DNA of 64,000 bases from an uncultured bacterium. GTDB taxonomy: Bacteria; GCA-001730085. Positions 41,901-53,900 of the stretch are shown one piece after another (the stretch's first letter is position 1; every line of letters begins with the position of its first letter). The stretch is taken from positions 1,966-65,965 of the forward strand of contig CAZMGY010000012.1 in assembly GCA_964565945.1 (NCBI GenBank), read 5' to 3'. A program made the position numbers and the translations under genes. Under the pieces are notes generated by a model. The model saw only the letters and a program-made list of their open reading frames with translations. It had not been told where the DNA came from and made no database searches.

Positions 41901-44900
41901 TACTACATTAAGTTAGACACGGTAACGTCTCAGTCGGAAGTGAACACGCTTAATCGGAGAACGCGTGAAAATATTACTTATAACGCTCTTGGTTTCGAAA
42001 AGAGCTTTAAGGAGCTTTCTGTTGATGAGTTGGGGGTTCACAGATTAACGCTGCAATTTGATATTCGTCAAAATGGACTAGGACAAGTTGTGTCGTTTGA
42101 TCAGAGCGTACGTCGCTATTTGCCAGAGGCTCGTGAAGATATTAGCGATACGTTTGTGGTTTTACCACAAGAGATTTCTGAGTCTGAGTGGAAGGACTTG
42201 GCTTTGGCCAAGAAGTTGGCATTTTTGCGCGGAGATCAATTGGTGCGGGTAGTGCAAGGATCTACTATTCGTTATTTAACCCAAGAAGAATTTTCGGAGT
42301 TTTCCGAAGAGAATGAGCCCAAACAGTATGAAGCGCGGCCTTTGAGAGTTCAACTAATTCAAGAAAGCTTGTTAGAAGACTATGCGCGTTCTTATTTTGA
42401 GAGTCAAGATATGGCCATGTGGAGCTACTTGTCTCAAGAAGGTGGTGCCATGATTCGTCATCGGGATGTTCAAGAGGTTGCTTTGGATGAACTAACATTC
42501 TTATCGCGACGCAAAGCTACTTACAACGACTTTGATCAGATGGTTACCTATGTTGATGAGTCTTGGAATGCTTCGACACCAGGCCTTAAGCAAGTGTCGA
42601 TCCGGACATCCACCGAATATGACAGTGTTGGTAATATTGTTGGATTTCGTGTCGAAGATATCTCTCATGGAGAACTGTCGGTTCGAAAGTTTGATTTAAA
42701 TCGTTTAGAAGTTATCGATGGGCAAGGTGAAATTGCTGTTTTCGATATGGCGGGAATTGGTGGTTTTGAGCGCTTAATGCCCGAAGAGCAAATGAAGTTG
42801 CGTTCGGGAAAAAGTATTATGATTGACGATCAAGAAGTTCGCTTGGCCTTCAAAACAGTGATGCAAACCTTTGAAACATCGCGCGTCACTGAGCGCAAAA
42901 ATATGCGTTATAACTTTTTGGGTCAATTGACAGACTATACCGATATAACGATTGAGAGTACCAGTCCTGATCTTAGCCTGGAAACGACAGTTTCAGGGGT
43001 TCTTTACAATGCCTTAGGGCAGCAAATTCGTTTGGTTCAGTCCCAAAAACGAGAAGGAACAACCCAGAATGAAGTAAGTTATCAAGGTGAAGCTCTGATT
43101 GAAAAGTTGCATGCGTTGGCGGGCTTATCCGAAAAAGGTGAGCTTAAGTCACAATTTGCTCAGTGGTCTCTTTTTGATTTAAATGGTGATGGAGTGATTG
43201 ATACACAAGATATTGATCTTGTTGAACCTGACACTCTTGTGAGTTATTTGCAAATCGTTGAATTGAAGGATGTTCAAACGCAATTGCGCGATATGATCAC
43301 CTATACAACTTTGGGGCAATCGAAGGGGTTTCGCCAAATCAGTATTAATAGCACCGAACCACATGTGCGCGAAGTTTTGGTGCGGCATCACACCGCTTAT
43401 AATCTTGCTGGTTTTGAGCTAAGTTATCAAGAAACGGTGACACGCACAGGTCAAATTGCTCAAGACATGACTTCGACTTTTGTTATGCCTAATGATTGGT
43501 CCGAAGATCAATGGCAACAGCTTTGGCAAAAGGGTGGAACTTTTGATCAGATGACGGAACAGCAACAAAGAGTTTTGTTTACTGGTGGAGCTGTTGTCTT
43601 GGGCGATCAGACATACCAGTTTGAACTCTACACACAAGCTCAAAAGGGTGAAAAACCTCATATGGAAGTTCTTACGTCGTCTCAGAATTCGCACTATCGG
43701 ATGATTGCCGAGGTTGTGGCCGAATATGGTAAAGCTGGTGCTTGGTCCTCTCAAGTCGAAGGCTATGTGCGGACTTTGTTAGAGCAAATTTTGCAAAATC
43801 GCTCGGAAAGTGACGTGATTAACCCTGCCGATGTTCAGGCTGTGGTGAATCGCTTCTTAGAAGAGTTGGAAGGGACTTTGGTTGGCGATGAAAATCAAAG
43901 CCAAAAACATGGAGAAATGGGGCAAAATGATTCCACGGAAGTTCAAAGTCAGCACTTTAAAATTTTAAGATCTTTATTGCTTGGTCCAGAGGATGGGGTG
44001 AACGGCTTTGTTCTGGATCTTGTTGATCAGGTGATGAATCAAGTGGGTGCGGTAACAGAGCGTTCTTTGCGTACCATAACCAAAAAGATTGTTTTTGAAC
44101 GCAACGAAATGGAGCAGCGTTCGCGTGAAGATGCGACCTATAACGCTTTTGGACAGTTGATGAGCTATGTGGACAATGTCTACGAGCCTCTGCTCAACCA
44201 AAAAGTGACAACCCAACGTTTGTTAACGCAGTTTGATCGTGCGGGACGTATTTTGGGATATCAAGATCATGTGGTGCGCAGTGGCTTAGCCTTGCAAAAT
44301 GATCAAATTGATTACAGCCGTGTTGAACGTCTTGGTAGTGGCGAACGTTCTTGGGATGATTTGACGTTTATAGAAGTTAAAGCCCTTTATCGCGGTGAAG
44401 CTGTTTTGATGAATGGGGTTCTGATGACGTTGGATGACTTGCGTATTGACAAAGTGATTCGTTTGTACGAGGTTGAAGATCATGTGCGTCAGAATATGGT
44501 ATACGATCAAAACAACCAATTGCGTTCGTTTGCGGAGCAAAGATTTAATCATAATAATCAACGTTTAAGCACCCAACAAAGAAGTGGAATGCTCTATAAC
44601 TCGTTGGGTCAAGTTACGGAGTATATCGATAATACTTTGGATGAAGGAACTGTCGAGCTTGAGGATGGTTCTTTTATGGATCTTTCGCAGAGTTCGCGCG
44701 TTCATCGTAGCAATATTCAATATGTTGATAATCGAATTTATGCTTACACCGATGTGTCGAGATCAAGTCAGTCTGAAGAAACGCAGGTGAGTGTTCGCGA
44801 GTCGACACACTACAACGCATTGGGGCAGGTGATGGCTTATCGTAATAATAATCATCGTTTCTTGTTTGAAGGTCGTCAAACGATTTTAAGTGTTCGCAAT

Positions 44901-47900
44901 GTGAATGAGCGAACAGGGATCGTCTACAACGCTCTTGGACAAAATATGGCTTACAGTGATTATCAGTGGAATTCATCGGAGCCAGCTAATGCCTCTTGGT
45001 CTTATCGTAGCGATGTACAATATGATGGCTTAGGCCGTTTGAATGCGTACACCGATCGGACGAGAACCTTGCAATCGCCAGATATGAGAGAAACTTTGGT
45101 GATGAACAATATTCAGCACAACGCTTTGGGTCTTCAACAAAGTTATACAGAGTTACGTATTCAAGAAAGCCTGCTAGAGGATTCTCAAGGGGAACCCTTA
45201 TATCAAAGGTTACAAAAGAATAATTACCAAGATATAACTTATGATGCTTTGGGGCGTCGTCAAACCTATCTGCGTTCAGCCGTGACTTCCGATGCTCCCG
45301 ATATGGTGATTAACACGACTTGGACCGCTTTGGCCTACGATGAAAAGTTGGGCGTAGTGAGTGTCTATCGTGATCAAAGTGAACGCATTGGAACAGATGG
45401 AACACGTGTTATGTTGACAACGATTCATGATCAAGTCAAATTTGATCGCGCGGGTCGTGAAATGAGTTATCGAGAGCAAGTTACGGATTCATCGCGACCA
45501 GGTGTTAAGCAAAAACGTTTGAGGATTGATACTGGCTACGATACTTTTGGGCGTGTGGCTCAATACGAAGAATCGAATGCTCAATACAATAACAACCTTC
45601 TCCTTAACTATGTTCTAACGAATCGTAATAACACCTATAACACGATGAGTCAAGTTGAGTCCTATGTGGAGAAGCGGACCACAAATGGCTTAGAGAGCTT
45701 AGCTGAACGTTATGAGATGGCTTATAACTCATTTGGTCAGCTGGAGTCCTACGAAGAGGTAACGGAAAGTCCTAGCACAAGGCTGAGAATGTCGGCTTGG
45801 GGTTTAACGTATGATAGTTTGGGTCGATCTTTGACTCAAAATACACGTTCTGTTGATAGTGAAGGTAATGTCAATATTACCTATAACTGGGGGATGCGCT
45901 ATGATACTTCGGGTCGCACGATCTTTCGTAATGAAGATCGTATTTTGAATGGTGTTCGCTCCCTAGGTATTCAGTGGTATGCTGGTCTGATTCAAGGAAG
46001 CGGTGAGGACGAAAATGAGCCTAAGTTTGATCAAGATGGTGAGCCTTTTTTTATAAAGAAGCCTTCGTTTGACGAATTTGGTAATATTTTGTCGACGACA
46101 GAAATTCGTGTGGATGATCAAGGTCATATCAATGTGAACGTGAGTGAGTATAGCTATGACGCTTATAGCCATCGTGACTCGGTCCAAAGTTTATCTTACA
46201 GCTATACGTCAAATGACTTAAACGATTTAGGAACGATTCAAGTAAGTGAAGTGACAACAACTTCTTGGGATGTTACGGATGGGTATCTAACCCTTACTTT
46301 TGATGTTCTCAATCAGAATGGAGATATTGTTGGCACACAAACGGTTGAAGGGGGTTACGTTTTAGGTTCCGAGCAAATGCAACGTCGTTATTTGATCACA
46401 GATGATGGTCAACGGGTGCTTAAGCAAGTCGGTAACGATGGTGAAGAAGATGTTTACTTCGACATTACCTATTCGAGACAGTCGTTTGCTTACAATGATG
46501 TGGCTGATCAAACCTTTTTGGGATCGGAGTCTTTTAAGTACAGTTTGTCTCAGGAAGCTACAGGAGCGGATTTAACCGACTTTGTTTATGAAAGCAGTCG
46601 GTATCGCCAAACCATGTATGGTGATAACAATCGACGAATCCAAGAGGTGACGTTGCAAAATGAGCGTGGAGTTTACGGATGGGACGTTTTGCGCGATGAG
46701 TTGGGTATAGATCATGAAGTTTGGTCCGAAGTGGGTGATCAACTCGTGAATTTGCGAAAATATTTGGTAACACAGCAAAATGAAATTAAAGTCGGTGTTC
46801 CTGGTGCTCAAGAACAAGCTAATGCTCGCATAGCTGAGGTGAACTCTAGTATAACGACTCTGTTGCGTCAAGCAGGTGTATCTTCTGAAATGATTAGGAC
46901 CTCGTTGAATCAAGTCTTCGGATCACCTCCAAGCTCTGTTTCGCTTGATGGTGTGATTGAGAACTTATTGGGTGTTCAGATTTTAAGTTCTTCAACCTTA
47001 TCTGTTGTCGATACCGATGGTTACGATCAAGTTTCGGGACGTCCTTTACTCGAAAGGGAGCGCCAGTATACGCATCGGAGTGGGTTTGATGTTCGGAGTG
47101 ATAATTCTGATTGGAATTATCAAAAATTCCGTTCGGGAAACGTTAAAATTGATCAGATGCTTGCGGCTAAAGACTCTTTTATCTTGGTTCAAGATGAGAC
47201 GCGTAATTATTCTTACGACGAAAACGGCGTTCGTACAGCGATTGTGACCGAAGATGGTTTGAGTGGTTTTCGAGAAGAAAGTTTCAATATGGAATACCGT
47301 TTTGATGGACTGGTGAAAAGTCGCGTTATGTTGCGGACAGCTCCAGGAGCTGGGGGTAAAATTCAAACCTCGGCTTATAACCAGATCAGTTACACCTATC
47401 ATCCTAACGGTCGGATCGCTCAAACGCGCGTTCGCCTTTATGAAAGTTATGATGGAGTGCGTGGTGGAGGATTGAGGGGGCTGTTGCGAGAGGAAGTGAT
47501 TGATGATGTGTATGACTTTGAACGCAATGTTCTTGTTCAAAAAGTCTCCACACAGTGGGGCTTTTCTGAAACGGATGGGTCACGTTTGTTGGTTAATCGT
47601 CAGGTGGATGATTCGACATATAGCTTGTTCAATCGTGTGAACGGTTTAATTCGATCAATGTACAAGAGCGAAGATGGTGCCGAAAATTCAGTGATTCTTG
47701 ATAATCAAGAAATTTTCTCCAATTACTACTATAGCAGTCATGGTCAGGTGCTATCTCAAAGCGTGCGCAAACTTGATTACAGTGTGGTGGATGTTGAAGA
47801 GGCTGGCCTTGCCGATGAAATTAACGGCTTGAGTGTGACTGACAATGCCGAAACCATGCAAGAAAAAATTATCGATACTTATGTTGCTTGGTGGAAGAGA

Positions 47901-50900
47901 AGGTATGGTCTCGAAAAAGTTGATGGATTGTTGGAGCATGTGATTGATGTTTTTATGGATCTTTTGTTGGCACCCACCAATATTGCTCGTACGGCTAAAG
48001 ATATTTTGGAAGTAGCTATTTACGTTCTTGGAGAAGCCTTTAAATCTTCGAAAGAATATTTAAGAAATGCGGGTTACAGTGTTAACGAAAAATATATGAG
48101 TTATCTTGTTGGTGACGAATTGAGTCATCGCATGATGAGCTATCGTAAAGATGGTCGGGTTAGTGGATCGCAAGATCTGACTTACGATATCGATGGGGTT
48201 GTCAAAGAAAAAAGAACCCTTTCTTATGTTTATGAACAAGAGCTCAATGAAACATTCAAAACCAATCGTATTGCAGCCCAGAATCAACGCAATTATATGT
48301 GGGATGAAGAAGGAAAGGTTTGGAGTTTAGATAGCGGTGCTGATGTTCAAATCACTTATGATCAGTTTAATCGGGTGTCGAGCCGATTGGTGACATCGAT
48401 TGATAAGAATGGACATTATGCTGAAAGTACGGAATATCTTTTTGAGTATGATCACTTGAATCGTGTAACTCGTGAAACACAGCGTCTTTTAGACCCAAGT
48501 GCGTCGCGTAGCGAAACGAGTTCCTTAAGTCGGAGCCGTAAAGCGATTGGAACACTTAAATCGCTGAGCGAAGAAATTAGAGATTATAGGTACGACGCTA
48601 TGGGACAACAGCGTTCGGTGAGTGTGCGTCAAAATGATCTAGGTGTTGTACGTGCTGAAAATCCTTCTGAAATCCGCACATCTTATAATACCGTTTTGAC
48701 ACGGACCAAGAATGGGGCACGCGAAGAGTTCTTTGATGACGAAGGAAATTTGTATCAAGTGGTCACGCATCAATTTACCTTTGATGTGAACGATAATCTC
48801 ATTTTGGATGAAAAGATGACCCTTCGTTACAATGAGCAGGGGCAGGAGATTTCTCGCCAAATTCAGGAGATTCGCAATCAAAAATTTGATAAAAATGGTC
48901 GAGTACTGCATCGCAATACTCAAACCTTTGACATTCTGGATGGTCAACGTGTGAGTGTCGGTCGTGAAGAAGTTCAAACCATTTATCAGGGTATGAACTA
49001 TCGTATTCAAGAAGAAGTGATTACACAGTATGGTTACAATCGTATGCAGCAAGGTACCGAAGTTCCAGGTGTGACGACGCATGTGGTGTATGCCTACGAT
49101 GCACAAAACAGAATGTCGAAGCGTACCACTGTTTCTTATAGTGATCCTAATGCGCAGTTGATAGTTGTTCCATCGGCAAGTGCATTAGATGTTCGCAATG
49201 GGGATGAAGGGCAAACGGTTGAAGAACAATTTATTTATGATCTTTCTCGTCGTCCGATTCAAACTATCAATAAAGTTTATGAGGGTGGTGAACTTATTAG
49301 TGAGAATAGAAGGGTATCGACCTATCTAACCGCCGATCCTAACGATATGCGTGTTGATAAACAAATTGTTGTACAATTGGATGGTGCGGGAGAAATTCGT
49401 TCGATTGTTGTGAACAGCAATTACAGCTATACAGAAGAAAATCGTTATCAGCGTGGTAGTTCAGGTGCTGTTGAGTTTGGAGATTCTGGTAGTATTGAAA
49501 ACATTGGGCCCATTCAGCGTATTTTATTGAACACGGGTTATGATACGGTTTCTTTCACTGATTCGGTGGATGGGATTAGTTTTGATGCATCTGGATTCAT
49601 GTTAATGCCTTCTAAGGAGACTTGGGGGAGTTTACTCAATGCAAAAAATAAAGTGACGAAAAAAAGAACCACATCGTATGATATGTTAGACAGAGAGCTT
49701 CACTCGGAAGTTAAGTCTTACTTGCAAGATTCTTTGATTGGCCGGGAAACGGTATCTTACTATTACAGTGAGCAACGTATGGGTGATGATCGTGCTGTGA
49801 TTGAGGATCAGCGCTTTTATAGCCAAGATGATACCTTTGTGCGTCATATAGTGCAGCAAAATCGTTATGATGCATTGGGACGTATTAGCCAAAAAGATGA
49901 GTTCTTTTTAGATCCAAGCACTTCTTCAGGTGGTTTGATTGAGCAAGGGGTTGTTCTAGATAGTTTTATTCCAAAAACGGGAAGTCTTCAATTTCATCGC
50001 CAGATACTCAATATGGACTACGATGGCGGCTTTGATCGTATTATTGAGCAGGATGAAATTGTTTCGGCTAACTACATTGACCAAAACAATACTGGTGATG
50101 GGCGCAATCAGATCACGCACAGTATCTTTGCCTACAACAATAAAGGGCAAATTATTTCGAGCGAAAAAACACGTTATCAAGCCAACACGGTTCAACATAA
50201 CTTAGAGGATTTTCCTCGTGTTATTGAACGTGAAACAGGTCATCAGTATAACCAGCATGGGGAGGTGGTGTCGTTCCAGACATTGCTGGATACCTATTAT
50301 CTTGAAACTTTGGATAGTGATCAAGTGGTTTTGCGCGATCGTCAAGGAAGTGATGTGACCATTTTTTATCATAAACCAGGTCAAGTATCTCGTCGCGTAA
50401 GAAAGAACTTTGATGTGACAGCTATTAATGATCTCTTAAGCTCTGCCATAAATATTAATGTTGTTCAACTTAGATCTGGCGAATTGATTGACACCGAAGT
50501 AGAGCAAAACACTTACGATGTTCAAAATCGTTTGAAAGAGGTTGACCGAACCTTTACTTTTGCTGGAAAAGAGGACGCCTATCGGATTTATCGTCGTTCG
50601 TTGACGTATGATTCCTTGCAAGATAGACCGAAGCAAGAGATTGGGCGCAATTGGAACGAGCTTGATGATCGGGTGACGCTTTCAGTAACGGATAATATTT
50701 TTCAGGGAGAATTTATTTCACAAGTTTTCACGCGCAGTAGCGAAATTGATGTGGCCAATGATGCTGATCGTAACTTTTTATTAAATATGTCGTCGTCGGC
50801 GGGTGTTTCGGCACGATTGAATTTAAGTTTAGAGAGTAAAAGAACTGTGACTAATCGAGTGCAAAATATACACTCATGGGATTCTCAGGGGCGTGCGGTG

Positions 50901-53900
50901 CGTTATTCGATGAAGCAGTATGATGAGCGTAATCCTCGACGTTCCACGTTTATTGAAAGAAAGTTTACCTTGTTTAACAACACTGATGGTGGTGAAGATT
51001 TTTATGATGAAACCGTGAGAGAAGAAATTGATGGAGAAGTTCTTTCGACACGTGAGCGTGAATATCAAGCGTTTTGGAGAGATTCTCGTGGACGTACGCG
51101 TGGTTATATTTTATCGGAAAAAGTTCGCGATAAGGAGGGTTTGTTACAAACAAAGCAAGTGATCACTCGTTTGGATACCAGATTTGATGTTTACGATAAT
51201 GAAGTGAAGGCTTTCCAGGAAGAGCAAGAGTATGTGAATATTAACTTGGCCGATGATGCGAATGTTGTTTGGTCTATGCGAAGCCATGTTGGAAGAAATG
51301 TTGTGAGCGACTATTTTTCTGAGGGAGAGAATAAGGGCCGTTTATCAAATGAAACGATTACTTTGTACAAGTATGACGTGGCTCAATCGGCAACGAATGG
51401 TTCTCCAGTATTGTTGGATCGTGAAGTTTTGCAGCGAGAGGTTTTGGGCTATCAAAGAGCATTGGCGAACTCTGAACGATTGACATCGCGAAGATACGAT
51501 GCGACGGGTCACTTGGTGCAACATCGTATATCGACGAGTAACCGAACTTTCGACGAGCAAGATCGCATGACGCTCAACGATACAGTCACTATTGATAAGC
51601 TTCGCGAAACGCGTACCATTGAAAATATGAATGTGGTGTCTTTTGATGACTTTGACAACGTGGTGGCTTTTTTACAAACACGTCGTGTCGAAGACTTAAA
51701 TGATTCCGAGATTCTTCTCGAAGATCAAGTGGTTGAGCGTAGAAATTCAGAGTTTGAAGGTAATTTGTTGATTGATAGTTACGAAATCGTTAACAATAAG
51801 CTCAAAAATGATGTACGCCATGTGATTCGGCGCAATCGCACCTATAAATTTGGTCAAGAGGCATCTTCGAATACCTATAACTTTACGGTGAACGTTGAGG
51901 ATCCTGTTTTAAGGTCGGTTGCCGTGTCGCCTGAGCAGCAGATTAATCAAATTTTAAGAAAATTTGGTTTAAGAGATGTGACATCTTTGGATGTTAAACG
52001 ACAAGATGGTCCAGAGATTTTTCAAGATACCTATTTGAAAACCCTGTTTGCACGATCTGACAGTGAAGATTTGGTGGGTAGCAGTTTTACTCGATCCGAC
52101 ACGATTTTTAGTGATCGTGGAGAAAGCTATGGTTATATCAATTATCTTTGGAACAAGGTGGGTGATTACCGCTTGGTTAAAGGGCCAGATGGTGTTTATG
52201 ACTATACTTTTAGCCAAGCTTTGAATCAATTCACTTACGATATTTTCTTTGCAGGTCAGATTGATTTGGGTGCTCAAGGTGCTTCCACTGCTCTTAGTTT
52301 GGAGGATCATTTTAAATTGGAAAACAAGGATGATGTTAGCGTCTACTTATCCGATTTAGAAACTTGGTTAAAAACACCAGGGGACAACCATATTATTTAT
52401 GATGGTCGCGATCAGACCACGGGAGAAAATCGTGAGTTTACACGCATTTCATTAAGACAGATTGAATCATTCGGCAATAAAGGGTCCTTTGATTTTTCAC
52501 CATTTATGTCCTTTTCTCCTGGTGACCCATTCACAGGACTCAAAGATGAGGGGCTCGCCGCTCAAGTCCAAGATATTTCTTTGCACTTTTTTAATGATCC
52601 GAATGTTCATGATGGCGTGGAATATGCTCATCGCATAGTGCGAGGCGAAAAACGTGAGCTTGCTCTAAACCGATGGGTGGTTGGGGGAAAGGATCGTGAT
52701 AAATTTAACTTTACCCTCGTTCGTCGTACCGATACTGATTTTTATGGAGATCAAGTGGGCGAAGATTTCTCTAACCAAGGTCGTTATGGACAGGTGAAAA
52801 ATTATACCGAATATTCGATTTCTCCATCGGGTGAAGAGAGTAAAGTTGTTCGCAATAATATTCATTATTATGTGCCTGAAACGCTTCAGCTGGGGCAAAG
52901 TAAAGTCAATGTCGGTTTAGAACGTTTTTATAACGAGACAACGTATCGTCGTAGTGATAATTTTCATGCAGCGCATATTCGCAATCACGGTGTGACAGGA
53001 CAAATTCACCATTATTCGGAATCCTCCTCACACGCAGGTGATTGGTCGGATAGCCGTTTGGAAGAGAGTGGTCGTATTCAGTATTGGGAAGAAGATGGTG
53101 AAATCATTATTCACATGGATGATTTTATCACACGCTTTTCGGAGAGTTACTTTGTTGCTGACTTTGATAAAGAAGATCGTAAAATTCGTTTAAAGTACAA
53201 AAAAGGACAGGTCAAAAGTTTCCGTGAATACACAAGTAGTGGCGAAGATGCGGGAACTGAATTTTCATCGGCGAATAATCTTTACGACCCTGAAGGCAAT
53301 GCCGTATTTACCGAACGAACTGTGGTGCGTAAACGTGGACGAGGCATTCCCGATGATAACTTTGATTTTGAAAAAACATTCAATGAATACAATTCTTATG
53401 GGTATTTGTTGCGATCACATGTTTATTATAATTTTGATTTTGCTAAAGTGACCACCTATTACAATATGAGAACCAATTCGAATGATGTGGGAACACTTAG
53501 CCATGGTGCACGTCGTCATGTGGCCTATATGGACCAAGAAGATGGACAAATGTATGTGCAGAAATATGATCTTACTGGTGAAAATGCTGCTGATAAGGGT
53601 AAAGGATTTGAAGCCTTTTTAAGAAATATCTACATGATGATCGAAGAAACATTGACCAATGGTGGTGTATTTATTGTCGATAAAATATTCAATAGTTTCT
53701 TAGGGTTTTTTGGTACTGATCCAGTGTTAGAAGATGAACTTCAAATTATGCGTGATAATGCGCATCGGGTCGCAATGTTTCGCCAGGTTTTCGAAGAAGA
53801 TACGAAAGCTTTCACTAAAAGCTTAGAAAATCTTTTAGGCTCTGAAGGAGCGATTATCGCTTCGATAGTTCTTCATGGAGTTTTATTTGTTCTCGCTGTG

